Below, piece after piece: positions 1 to 11,409 of a stretch of 46,190 nucleotides of DNA (the first letter of the stretch is position 1; every line of letters starts with the position of its first letter). Made by a program: the position numbers and the translations under genes. The notes beneath the pieces were generated by a model. It worked only from the letters and a program-made list of their open reading frames with translations, ran no database searches and was not told the origin of the DNA. Location of the stretch: the NCBI GenBank assembly GCA_012862495.1, contig BLSG01000240.1, forward strand, positions 96,893 through 143,082. Reading direction: 5' to 3'. Source of the stretch: Thraustochytrium aureum (taxonomy: Eukaryota).

Positions 1-259
1 CCAGCAGCAGCAGCACGCCGCCGCGGCCTGGCGCGAGACCGGCACCTTGGAGCGAGCAATGCGAACAAAATGGGAGGACGAGGAGCTCGTGCAAACGGGT
101 GCAGTGCCGGCCTCGGGCAAGTGCGACGAGGGCGGGGCTGCAGGCAGGCCTGCAACCAGTTGGCCTCCGAGCTGCGGCGGCGCGCCTTGCGGCTGGACGC
201 CCCCACGCACGGCGATTGGCAGTCGGAACGAGCGCGGCAGAACCAAGGAGGCACGGGAG

Positions 260-1683
260 ATGGCAACGGTGAAGAGGCCGGGTAGGTCCACGCTGATTGT
301 CGTCGGCGTCTTGGTGGGCCTGTCGCTCCTCCTGACTTGGCTGGCGAACTTCAGACTGGCCTCGTTGCTTCACGCACGAAGTGAACGCGGGCAAGGTGCG
401 CACTCGCCCGAGTTTGCTGGCGGGCTGGCGCAAGCGGCGGACGGGAGCAATGGCGCGCTGCGGAAGCCGCGCGGTGGCGACCACGAGGCAGCCGGCCAGG
501 TCGTTGACGCGGAGTCGTACCAACGCGCGACCGGGCGCCTCGATCGCATCTACTGCATGGTGCCAAGTATGTACAGCAGTTCGCGGGTGAGGCTTTGGAA
601 AGCGGTACTGGACACGTGGGGCAAGCGTTGCGACGTGATCAAGTTTTTCGGGACCCTCCGCAGAGCAAGGATATCGTTATTCCGAGCACAATTTCAGGCG
701 CCTCAGGCACCACAGCTGACATCGTGGTGGTTCCGATGCAACGAAACGGCGGCGTCTGCGACGATGACTTGCCGTGCCGGCACATCTGGGAAAAGGTTTG
801 GCGATCGTGGGTTCACGTCTTCGAGAACGACCTGGACAAGGCCGAGTGGTTCATGAAGATCGACGACGACACATACACTATTCTGAGCAACCTGCGCAAG
901 TGGGTCCGCGACAAGAGCTGGAAGCCGGACGAACCGCACTACTTTGGGCATGTTGTGTACATCGACCGCGCCCCGTTCAAGTTGATTTCTGGGGTCTGTA
1001 CTGCATTCTCACGCGAGTCGATTCGACGTCTGGGGCCGCGGTTACTCGCGATGGAGCACGAGTACGGCCCGCGCCGTCACTTTCCCAACGGCCACGGGAA
1101 ATGCGTGGACCGCGATGGAGCGACAGAGGAGCGAGTTACGAGCAAGTGCCTCGAAGAGGTTGGCGTGTACGCGGAGGAGACGCTCGAGAACAACCGGAGC
1201 GAGGCCGTCCTGCCTCTTGGCATCCCCTTCACCCTCACCTACAAGCGCAAGCGGAACAGCACGAGCTGGTATTGGTACCACAAGCCCTGGACGCGCGGGG
1301 ACCGCTTTGATTGCTGCTCNNNNNNNNNNNNNNNNNNNNNNNNNNNNNNNNNNNNNNNNNNNNNNNNNNNNNNNNNNNNNNNNNNNNNNNNNNNNNNNNN
1401 NNNNNNNNNNNNNNNNNNNNNNNNNNNNNACGGGTACAAGGGATCTGGTTCGCGGATGCGCGAGATGGAGACGATGATGCACAGGACACCGACACACGAG
1501 CTCGAGCGTCGGCGCGATGCCAGCGCACCGGGGTCTGACCCGTGGGCCAACTTTGAGTACATTCTCCGTCTGCGTCAGAGTATCAAGGAAGACCCGTTCG
1601 CGTACCCGCCCTCCAACTTTGGGGACGGCCCGGCCGATGAGTTCGGGCTTGCAGACGCTGTCGACACCTCGGATGAGTCTTAG
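260..1683 (+). CDS. GT31 / core-1 beta-1,3-galactosyltransferase (C1GALT1/Fringe-like), type II membrane protein; 1 frameshift at ~650 and an N-gap
   Basis: ATG at 260 is followed by a TM segment (LIVVGVLVGLSLLLTWLA), then RIYCMV and VLDTWGKRCD. After a one-base correction at ggg 650-652 the frame continues with WFMKIDDDTY (DxD), DEPHYFG, KCLEEVGV and DCC, all C1GALT1-type motifs. Confidence 0.85.
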
Positions 1684-2918
1684 AGCAAGGCACTAGCTCT
1701 CTAGAGCTCTCTAGTAGAGCTAGGGAGAGAGAGTGGTGCCAGGCTCGAGCTCGAGTGGTGAGGTGTGGGGAGGAGTCTGCAGGCCGACCGATCAAGCTGT
1801 GTACACGGCAAGCGACGGGAAGCAGAGAGCTCGCGTCGCCAAGGAAGTAGACGACGCTGCCCGCCAGGCAGAAGCAGGGTCGACACAAGGCCGCCTCCCA
1901 AGGCTGTGGCTGCCCAATTCCACTGGACGATTCTCGAGCCCGCGTCTGCTCTGTTCCGGTTAAGAGGCGTTTCAACAAAGAACCTACTGAACGACACAAT
2001 CGAGTAAAAAAACCTCGGGCAGCATGGCCATGACTGATGCGCAGCTAGAGCGATTTTGAGCGGTCTGGCCGCCAGCTCTGCGCGAGCTCAAGCGCGCCGC
2101 CGCACCGCATCCCGCAAAAAGGCTGGACCAACGCACAAACGGCATAACCCTCTATAAATAATATAAGGGATTACCTATCCGTTGTGACAGCAACTGGCGG
2201 CGAGCCTCGCCGACCGACACGCACTGCTCGGGTAGTCGAAGATCTCGACCAAGCCAGTCGCTCCACTGCCAAATAGGCTGCCCAGGCGGTGATTTTCTTT
2301 CCGTTTCGCGCCGCCTGAGCGACCAGCGCTTTCGGTCCAGCTTGCATTTCTCGCGTGGGCTGATACCGATACTGGGAGCGGTTACACGCGGCTGCTACAC
2401 GAGTGAGCGAGCGAGTCTTTGCACCTGCAGGCGTGATCGGTTGGTTGCCCGAGGGGGCCGCTCGAAAGGGAGTGCATAGCCCTAGAGAACGGAAAGCGAG
2501 CTCGCTCCAGGCTGAAGAAACGAATTTCTGTCCTCGAATGCCGCGGGCCTTAGCACGTAAGTCTGGGGTCTTTGTTCATGGCATGCTCGATCAGCAGCGA
2601 CCTTGATCCGTTTCGTTCCGTTCCGACACGCGGAAATCAGCAGCCTTTGGTGGACATCTCGCAAATCGATGAAACGCAAGCTCAGCGGCACCGAGCAAGG
2701 CAGCACCAAGCCGGAGCGCGCAGCGAGCACTAGCAGCACGGCAGGGCGCAAGGAATCGGCGGCGAGCCCCGGGCCTCGGCGGCGCGGCGGCCAGCTAACG
2801 CTGGGGTCGAAAACGGCGCACGCACGCAAGAACCAAGCTCACGCCACCAGACGCCGACGAGCGGATCGCGGACGAAGCAGACGACTAAGCAGGCCGAGCG
2901 CGCCTGGCGGCGTGCGTG

Positions 2919-4079
2919 ATGGCGGCAGTATCGCGACGGGGCGCCCCCGGCGTCTCGGCCGCCTGCGAGGAGAGAAAGCACATACCCTGCGAAGCGCCCG
3001 CGCTCTCAAGCAAGCTTGGCGGGCGCAAGCCATGCAGCCTTGATAGGAGCACTGTGGCGGACGACCTTCCCGTGGAGGTCGTTCCCGGCCTATTTATTGG
3101 CTCAATTCATTGCGCTTTCAACGAAGTCGCCCTGCAAAGCGCAGGTATCACGCATATTGTCAACGCGGCGGGTCTCCCCGCAACGTTTCCGCACATGTTT
3201 GAGTACCTGACCATCTCTATCCGCGACAAGGAGAACGCGAACCTGCTGGCATGTATCCCCCCTGCGCTTCTATTCATTCGCTCCGGAATGGCGCCGGAAT
3301 CTGACCGCAAGGTGCTTGTGCACTGCTCGTTCGGGCGCTCGCGCTCGGCGGCTCTGGTTATTGCGTATCTGATGAAGCACTGCGGCCTTGCCTTCCCGGA
3401 AGCGTACGCGCTGGTCAAGCGCCAGCGCCCTGTCGTCTCGGTCAACCAGAGCTTCCAGGATCAGCTGCGCGCTTTCGAGCGTTGTGGTTTTGATGTGCAC
3501 AGGGCGCACCAGTCATTCGCACGCAAGCGGCTTGGAGATCTCGCCCGCGTTGCTCGGACGTCATCCAAAGGTTGGCTGCCCGTGAAAGGGCACCAGCCGG
3601 CCGCAATTGTATTGCGCAGCCAAGCGACTGGCGGAGCCGACACGCTGCCCTCGCTGGTTTCAATGGACCTCGAGTTTGTGTGCGCGAACTGCGATACCGG
3701 CCTGTTCTATGCCAGCGATATCTTGCGCCCGCATTGCGACGACGAAGCGCCTTCCGAGTCGTCGGACCGCGCGCCCGCGTCGCCCCAAGAGCCCGAGGAC
3801 GAGGGCAAGCTCGGGGAGGCGGTTTGCCACGACTCGCGCTTGGCTTCCAGTGCGGAGCAAGGGGCGAAGCGGGCGCACAGCGAGATCAAGACCCCGACTG
3901 AGGGTGACTTCACCAACATCAAGGACGACGACTGCCCTTGCACGAGCCCCGAACCGGAGCCCAGCGACCGAGACACTGCGCCAGAACTGACCATCGCGCC
4001 TCGTGAGCCCGCGAGCCCGCTGAAACGGTCTATCTCGGCCAATTCTCTGTTTGACGCGGCCGAGCAAGCGACCCCTACA
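2919..4079 (+). CDS. Dual-specificity protein phosphatase, DUSP12/YVH1-like; start uncertain (may extend to ATG 2669 via frameshifts), 3' end lost in N-gap
   Basis: PGLFIGS, GITHIVN, general-acid IRD, P-loop VHCSFGRSRSAALVIAYLMK (3321), VSVNQSFQDQL, then a CxxC zinc-knuckle start FVCANCDTGLF...DILRPH. Confidence 0.8.
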
Positions 4080-4842
4080 NNNNNNNNNNNNNNNNNNNNN
4101 NNNNNNNNNNNNNNNNNNNNNNNNNNNNNNNNNNNNNNNNNNNNNNNNNNNNNNNNNNNNNNNNNNNNNNNNNNNNNNNNNNNNNNNNNNNNNNNNNNNN
4201 NNNNNNNNNNNNNNNNNNNNNNNNNNNNNNNNNNNNNNNNNNNNNNNNNNNNNNNNNNNNNNNNNNNNNNNNNNNNNNNNNNNNNNNNNNNNNNNNNNNN
4301 NNNNNNNNNNNNNNNNNNNNNNNNNNNNNNNNNNNNNNNNNNNNNNNNNNNNNNNNNNNNNNNNNNNNNNNNNNNNNNNNNNNNNNNNNNNNNNNNNNNN
4401 NNNNNNNNNNNNNNNNNNNNNNNNNNNNNNNNNNNNNNNNNNNNNNNNNNNNNNNNNNNNNNNNNNNNNNNNNNNNNNNNNNNNNNNNNNNNNNNNNNNN
4501 NNCTCGTCAATCGTCGCTTTTCGGGCCTCCGCCACCGGGAGCCCGGGCGAATGAGGGCGAGGGCATGCAAGCAGGCAGTGCTTGGCGTCACCTGGCCTGT
4601 TGGGCAACGCGGGATCACGCGGCGCTGGTTGCGCTGCGCGTGCTTGGGGTTTATCGGGGAGGGTGTTTGGGAGTGAGCGCACGCCGTGCATTGCATGCGC
4701 GGTGTGCGCAGGGAGCCGCCTCTCGCCAAGCCAGTCTACTGGGTAGCTGGCTGCGCTAGAGCGTTGCCCTGCCGTTTCTCGCTAACAACTATTTTTTCTT
4801 TCCAGCCAGCTATGTCTCAAGCAAGAGCTTGCCCAGAGCCGC

Positions 4843-5268
4843 TCAGACGGCCTGAGATGCAGCAAGGTGCTTACCGAGCTGCCACTTGAGCGCCTCTGTC
4901 CTGAGGGCTTCCTTCTGGTACGCTTCGTTGTTGCGGTTGGCGTCCAGCTGAGATACCGCCAAGAGTTCCATCAGGAGCTCGTTCTTAAATTCTAGCATGA
5001 GTCGCTGCCCGTGCTCCTGGGCAAACCTCTGCTTCAAGTTGCGCTTGTCCTGCTCCAGTTGGCGCACGTGCTGCTGCAGCCGCTCAATCTCGGCCTCGTA
5101 GTTCCCAACCGTGGCTTTGTCCAGCCGCCAGGTCCCGTCCTGGCCGAGGCTCAGCACATTGCCGTCAAGCTCGAGCTTGCACTCGCTGTCTGGCACCGGC
5201 GGTCTGCTCCCTGCCGACGACGCGCTTTTCGCCGACCCCCACGACAGCCGCCGCTTCAAGAACGACAT
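4843..5268 (-). CDS. Chibby-family (CBY1-like) basal-body coiled-coil protein, 141 aa
   Basis: KLELDGNVLSLGQDGTWRL resembles Chibby MNLAGQSLKFENGQWI. EIERLQQHVRQLEQ...LMLEFKNELLMELLA resembles EVQRLRRRNQQLEEENNLLRLKVDILLDML. N-terminal KSASS and overall size also fit. Confidence 0.65.
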   Translation of the reverse strand: MSFLKRRLSWGSAKSASSAGSRPPVPDSECKLELDGNVLSLGQDGTWRLDKATVGNYEAEIERLQQHVRQLEQDKRNLKQRFAQEHGQRLMLEFKNELLMELLAVSQLDANRNNEAYQKEALRTEALKWQLGKHLAASQAV

Positions 5269-5544
5269 CAACCTCGGCAGTGTCCGAGCCCTCGGAGCTC
5301 CGCCGCCACCAGGGCCTTTTCGACCAAGGATCGCGGTGCGGTCCTCAATCCGAACGGGGTCCTTTGCAGCGTGCCAGCCTTCCCGTCTGCCTGTCCGCCT
5401 GCCTGGCTGCCTGGCTGCCTGGCTGGCTGCTGGCCTGACGTGGACGTGGAGAGGAGGCTCGCTCGACAACTGGAAGCAACAGCAACGGTTGCCAGCCAGA
5501 TGAGCAGACGAGCAGCGAACAAAGCGATCAGTTCAGTGCCAGGC

Positions 5545-5662
5545 ATGGTACTAGTATGGTACTAGTATGGTACTAGTATGGTACTAGTATGGTACTAGTA
5601 TGGTACTAGTATGGTACTAGTATGGTACTAGTATGGTACTAGTATGGTACTAGTATGGTACT
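5545..5662. repeat. Perfect 11-bp minisatellite (ATGGTACTAGT)x~10.7
   Basis: Directly visible. AT-rich against a GC-rich background. The phase-shifted unit contains the palindrome TACTAGTA. Confidence 0.98.
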
Positions 5663-5824
5663 TGGACCTTGACGACACATTGGGTTGGGCCGCGAACGCG
5701 ATGCGGACGGCAGCAGAGCCGAGACGCGGCTGCCGCTTGGCCGTGGCTTGAACGCGGAAGCTCGGACCCTTGCGCTAGCGGCGGCGCTGTGCGCGACATC
5801 GTGCAGCGCGAGCAGCTGTGCGGC

Positions 5825-7633
5825 ATGGCTGCAAAGTGGGACGAGGCGGACCTGCGCGACGAGGCGGAGCTCGACGCGACCGAGCACAACTGGGTGGAGT
5901 TTTGCATCCTGGTGGCGCATGGGGACGGCAGGATGGTGCAGGAGCAGGACGCTGCGAGTCGCAGCGCTCGAAACCGCGCCGGGGCGGCGTGGGAGGAGGC
6001 CGGAGAGCGCCGCAGCGTCCTGGCTGCCGCGCGCGCCGCGTTTGAAGCGCACCTCGCGAAGTGGACGAGCGAGTACCTGTTTACGTACGAGGGGTTCGCC
6101 ATCAAGGTGGACGAGCAAGGCGACCGCTTACGCGGCCGAGTCGAGTTCTGCGACAACCTGCAGGACGAGTGGTTTGTCGTTTTTCTGCTGCTGGAACTCA
6201 CCAAGGCGTTCAGCGGCCTCTGCGCTGCCAGCGTCTACGACAATGACGGCCAGTTCCTCCTCATTGAGGGCGCCGATTTCTTGCCAGACTGGATCACGCC
6301 AGAGAACAGCGAGGGGCGAGTCATACTGTACCAAGGCCACGTCCACCTTGTCTCGCTGCAACAAGTGGGTGGAGATTTCGAGGATCGAACCTTGCACCGA
6401 TGTGTGGCCGAGGTGGCTGCCGACCCCTCAAATACGCAAGTATCGGAGGAGCTAGAGCGTGCCATGTTTCGCGGCGACATGTCCCGCTTTCCTCACCCTG
6501 GAATCGAGGAGAGTAAGCATCACTTCACCTGCGTCTTGCCGCGACTGGTCGCTCGCGCGTTCGAGGAAATCCCCGAATTGGTGTCTCTCGCGGCACACGC
6601 ATTCTATCACAGGACGGAAGAGCGCGCTTCAAGCATTATTCGCAGGCTGAACGGCCGGGAAGGCCGCGGAGCCCTTCAGACCGTTAGAGTAGCGCTGCCG
6701 CGCTTTGCTTTTGCGCACCTTTCAACGCAACCGTTCACAGTGCCCAAGGGGATCGCACGACAGGATGACCTGGCCGAGCGTCTCGCGGGTGCCGTTGGTG
6801 CCAGTGACGCGGCGCGTAGTCGGAACCGAAGTGCAGCATTTGTCGGCTGCAAGCTCTCGTGCGGGTTTGAGATCCTGCTTGATGCTCTTCGCCGTGGCGA
6901 CACTGCTCTCGAAAAATGCACGCCAGCGCTTGCCTTGCCACTGGAGCTGCCCGCTGGCGCCGACGCGCACGCGCTTTTGTGCACGATTGAGTGGAGCAGT
7001 GTCCGCAGAGATTTGGAAGGCTGGCCAAGACAAGCGTCGAGTCTCGCGCGCGTTGAAGAGATTCTAGAGGCAAGCGATGTCGCAGCTGGGGGCTTGGACT
7101 CGTGCGAGTGCGGCGAAGATGACGACGAGTCGTGGATGCACGTGTCAGAGGCTCAACTTGAGTCGCAGCTGCGAGCAAAGTCGAGCGCAGGTGGCGATGC
7201 TTTTGAGGTTGACGAGGCGGGTCTGGAGGCGGTGTCGCGCGCCATGCGCGAACTGCTGTCCTCTGAATCAGGCTTCGAGGGTCTGGACTCTCGAGTCGAC
7301 AAGTCCACGGACGGCCTTGAGGCTGCTTCACTGGATGTCGATGTTCTGCTCGAGGTGCTTGGGCACGATTCTGGTGTAGGCGGCGAAGCCGACTCCGGGG
7401 AGGAGGAAGAGGAGGAGGAGGTTGGAATGCAGGCAGCCATCGATAAGGCCATGCGCGAGCAGCTTGGCCAAGAACCAAGCCTCGGTCTGGGGGCTGAGGA
7501 GCTGAGCCCCGTCCAGGTTGACCTGAGCATGGTGGAGAACCTCGTATCGTCCCTGCTAGCGCAGGAGGGCCAGCCCGGCCCAGCTTCGAGTCTTCTGGCC
7601 GAGCTGGGCTTAGAAAAGCTCCGGTCCAACTGA
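5825..7633 (+). CDS. ECD: Ecdysoneless / hSGT1 homolog
   Basis: EFCDNLQDEWFVVFLLLELTK, DNDGQFLLIEGADFLPDWITPENSEGRV, AAHAFY, GCKLSCGFEIL, DDDESWM and C-terminal VQVDLSMVENLVSSLLAQEGQPGPASSLL match the SGT1/ECD family. Confidence 0.92.
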   Translation: MAAKWDEADLRDEAELDATEHNWVEFCILVAHGDGRMVQEQDAASRSARNRAGAAWEEAGERRSVLAAARAAFEAHLAKWTSEYLFTYEGFAIKVDEQGDRLRGRVEFCDNLQDEWFVVFLLLELTKAFSGLCAASVYDNDGQFLLIEGADFLPDWITPENSEGRVILYQGHVHLVSLQQVGGDFEDRTLHRCVAEVAADPSNTQVSEELERAMFRGDMSRFPHPGIEESKHHFTCVLPRLVARAFEEIPELVSLAAHAFYHRTEERASSIIRRLNGREGRGALQTVRVALPRFAFAHLSTQPFTVPKGIARQDDLAERLAGAVGASDAARSRNRSAAFVGCKLSCGFEILLDALRRGDTALEKCTPALALPLELPAGADAHALLCTIEWSSVRRDLEGWPRQASSLARVEEILEASDVAAGGLDSCECGEDDDESWMHVSEAQLESQLRAKSSAGGDAFEVDEAGLEAVSRAMRELLSSESGFEGLDSRVDKSTDGLEAASLDVDVLLEVLGHDSGVGGEADSGEEEEEEEVGMQAAIDKAMREQLGQEPSLGLGAEELSPVQVDLSMVENLVSSLLAQEGQPGPASSLLAELGLEKLRSN

Positions 7634-7869
7634 CCAAAGCGAGCGGCTGGAGCTTGCAGGACGCCGCAGAATCGCGCTTCGACCTGTAGCGGAGCGCGGC
7701 TCGTGCGAGGTCGCGTTCACAAGCTGCTTCGATCATGCCCGCAGACAATGCGAGGCTCGCAAGCGCGAGCAGTCAGTCAGCCCTGCGGTGCGGCGAGAAG
7801 TGCGCTTTCTTATTTTTCTAGCTCTCGCAAAAAAACCTACGAAGCGAGAAGCGCCGCGAGCCGCGCAAC

Positions 7870-10800
7870 TCAGCACTCGACGGCTTCGCGTAGGGAGGCT
7901 CCAGTGGAAAACAGGACAAGCCCACAACCGTTGGAGAGCTCTTCAGACAAGGTGCTCTCGGCGCGGGCCAGGCGCCAATAGCAGACCACCTGAGACAGCG
8001 TAGACCCGGGGTTGCCAAAAAACACGTCCGTCATCGACAGCAGGATCATATCCATCAAGACGCCCTGGATGTTGCTGCGCCACTTGGGGTGCGACTTGGC
8101 CTCGGCTGGGAATTTCTGGAGGTGCGGGTTCGAAGCCCTCAGCGCTGCGTCGTTGTACTTGTACCCCAAGCCCCCTGAGCCGTAGATCAGCGCGTCGACG
8201 GCGACGTTTTCGTGGTCGCTAGCCAGGAAGACCTTGGGCGCCACCCCAAGCCGGTCCTCTGCAAATTGCATGGCGTACCGGACAACGGCCTCGCTGATGT
8301 TGCACATCGAGCGTAGCAAGCGCTCGTTGAAAACTAGGTCAAGCTCCCTCGCGTGGTCGGGCCAGTCGACAGGCGCGTCGGCGGCGATCGGGCTGTCAGG
8401 CTTGCACGCGGCAGCGCGGGCCGCTTGGTACGCCTTGGCGTGTGCAAGCGGCTTTTGTACCAGCCTCAGGCAGGACCGCATGGCCCTCTCAGCGTTTTGC
8501 GCGCCGTAGCTGTTGTGCGAGCGTGTGTGAATGCCAAGCGTCGGCTGCGGCCCGAAGTTCGTCTTCATGAACAGGTGCGCCTCTGAAAGCAAGTGCCCAC
8601 TCGGCTGCAGCTCGCGCCAGAAAGCGAGCGGCTCGACGCTCAGAGAGCGAGTGTCTGTCCGGTAAGGGTGAACAAGGCCGTCGGAGGTGACGAGGTGAAT
8701 GCGCGTCTTGCACTGAGGGAGTTCTGCCGCGTACTTGGCCCACGCGGCGATGTTTTTCCACTCAGGTCGAGTCGCTGAGAGCGAGTATCGCCAAACGCAA
8801 GCGGGATCCAATGACCCAACAGGCGCTCCAAGCACTGGGTGTTCCTCGACAGAGCCATGCGTGGCCTCGACATCATAGTCGGTCACAAAGTCAAACCTCC
8901 GCCGAAGGTTGGTCAGGTTCCACAGACTCGTGTGGTGCAACTCCTCGTCGCGGGACTCGGGCAAGCCAAACCACAGCTCGACAGTCCGTTGGTGCGTGGG
9001 CAGGAACAGGGTCCGGCGCTGGGCTAGCGCAATGCGAAACGCCCAGTCAAGGTTCAGCAGCTGGTTGTTGAGCCTGCCGCGGAATTGCTCAAAGGTGACA
9101 AACGACCCTGCGACGCTCGACCGCTCCCGCCTTGCTGCTTCCAGATCGGCGGAGGCGCTCGCTTGGGCTGCGGCCAGGTCGTCTGCTTTTTGGCGAAGCG
9201 CCAGGTGTCTGCGAACTTGTCCAAGCCGAGAAACTGCTCAGGAGGGGAGGTCTCGTACTCGCGCTTGAGATCGGGGTTGCTGTCTATTGCGCTCCGCATG
9301 CGGGCCAGGACCACAGCCGGGATTGGGCGGTGCAGCCTGTGCGTCAGGGGCAAGCCTCCAGCTCTCGAACGCTTGAAGTGGCCCGCATAGTGGCGCAGGT
9401 AGCCCACGGCTGGCGGCATCTGGCGCATGAGGGGGACGCGACCTCCTCGTAGTTCTCGTTGATGGCGTGGTAGAAGAGCGCGTCGTTGGGCTGGATGCTG
9501 CCACGCGCTGTGCGGAGCATGTACTTTTGGCGGCCCTTGTGGAACTGTCCGCAGTTGTAGGGAACCTCACAGCGCCGCTCCGCGACCTGAATCGCGCCGA
9601 AGAGCAGGCTTTGGTCTTGTGCGAGGTCCATACTGCGCCCGAAGGCGTCCAGGAGTTTGCCACTTGAGCCGCGCTCGGCCGTGAGCGCGGCAACGGGGAA
9701 AGGCGGCACTGTGACCGATTTGAAGAGGAAGCCAATGTAGTTTCCGTTCCGGCGGTGCTCTGCCTCCATAAAGTTGAGGATGCGGTCGACCGGCCGCCGC
9801 ACGCGGTACTCGCGGAAGAGCTTCTCGGGAGCGAACGAATCTGCTGCTTGCCAGAGGTCGGTCCCAACGTCGCCGGGCGCCCAGAGCTCGTCGGCATCTG
9901 AGAACGCCACGTACTTGGCGCTGCCGCGGTTCCGAAAGTAGCAGTCGGTCCGCGAGGCGCGCTGCCCGTGCTCCCAATTCATCACGTCGACTTGCGAGCC
10001 AAAGGGATACTCTGGTACGGCTGTCCAGTCGTGCGCGGTCACCACGCCCCGCTGCAGGTAGTGCTCCACCACGTGGTAGAGCGGGTCCTTCGCAGACACG
10101 CCGTTCTTGTACAGGTACAGGTGCAGGTGGCTGAACCCCAAAGCCAGGTGGTACTCGATCCACTCGATGAGCCAGCGGGTTCCAGTCACGTGGTGGATCG
10201 GCGCGCTGCACTGCACGAGCTGGTGTTCCTCCGCTGCCAAGACCGAAATCAAGGTTTCCACACGCACCTCGTTCGTGCGGAAGGCATTNNNNNNNNNNNN
10301 NNNNNNNNNNNNNNNNNNNNNNNNNNNNNNNNNNNNNNNNNNNNNNNNNNNNNNNNNNNNNNNNNNNNNNNNNNNNNNNNNNNNNNNNNNNNNNNNNNNN
10401 NNNNNNNNNNNNNNNNNNNNNNNNNNNNNNNNNNNNNNNNNNNNNNNNNNNNNNNNNNNNNNNNNNNNNNNNNNNNNNNNNNNNNNNNNNNNNNNNNNNN
10501 NNNNNNNNNNNNNNNNNNNNNNNNNNNNNNNNNNNNNNNNNNNNNNNNNNNNNNNNNNNNCACAGTGCCGGCGAGAGCGCCGTACCTAGCACCTGCGGCT
10601 CCGGCCTTGCCGAAGGCAGGGTTGTCCTGGCGTAGGGCGCCGAGCGGGCACGAAATAAGAACGCCCTTTTCGCCCGAGTACTTGACTCGATTCCCTGATA
10701 CTTTGTGCTGGAACGCAGTCCCGTTCACGTGAAGGCGGGCACGCACCACGATTGGGCGGTCGCTGCCCTGCGGCGTGAATTCGCATTCTAGTTCGGGAAT

Positions 10801-11409
10801 CACGAGCGGGCTTTCCGGGGTCAGCGGGTTGTTGCGGCCGCGCGGCTTTGCGGAGAGCTCGCCGAATCCCAGCACGAAAATCGCGAGGTGGTCCGTGGCA
10901 GCCGTGAATCCGACGGTAGACTCCCCGTTGTCGACGAGGTAGCCTGCGATGCTGTAAAACAAGCCTGTGTTGCTCTTCACGACGGAGTGTTTAATCCAGG
11001 CCCCTTTGGCCCGCCCGTTGCGGCTGGCGTGCCTGGAGGTCTCGTCGGGCGTGTCGGGCAAAGCTGGCGTCGATTTCCAGCGTCGGTCCTCCAGCCCGTT
11101 TCGAGAAGCGTCTACCGACGCTTCAGGGCGCGAGCCGCGAATGCTCGGCACGCCTTGCGCCGGCCGGCCGCCATCCTCGCGTCCTTCTCCCACGATCGCA
11201 GCAAACCGCAGCCAAACCAGTACATAACAGGCCAAAATAGCTGCGGTTGCGAGAATCGCCTTCACCGCAAAGCTCCTCCTCGACCCAGCACCACTCCCGC
11301 CGGGAGCGTCCCCCCCCAGCGGCCCTCTGCGTGTCCCCAGCTGCGGGCTTGTCGGTGTGTCGTGCTCCGGCGCCGCGAAGGCAGGCACGGGGCGCCTTTG
11401 AACGGCCAT
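7870..11409 (-). CDS. Type II membrane bifunctional glycosyltransferase: GT92/DUF23 domain + C-terminal GT-B fucosyltransferase (O-FucT-like) domain; 2 homopolymer frameshifts (9431-9435, 9187-9191) and an N-gap
   Basis: ATG 11409, TM ILATAAILACYVLVWLRF. GT92 motifs: LIEWIEYHLALGFSHLHLY, GQRASRTDCYFR, YVAFSDADE, LRHY. FucT motifs: GRLNNQL, LGIHTR, VFLASD, DMILLSMTDVFFGNPGSTLS. Adding one C and one A (minus strand) in the runs joins the segments into one frame. Confidence 0.75.

Noticed and set aside
1693..1723. CTAGCTCT/AGAGCTAG inverted repeat after the GT31 stop
   Set aside because: It is a short low-complexity CTAG/AGCT patch, and bacterial-style terminators are not expected here.
2149..2170. 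TATAAATA AT-rich patch as TATA box
   Set aside because: It lies about 500 nt from the nearest plausible start and there is no TSS evidence, so it cannot be supported.
5545..5662. CRISPR array or telomere seed
   Set aside because: There are no spacers, the unit is only 11 bp, the context is eukaryotic, and it does not resemble TTAGGG-type repeats.
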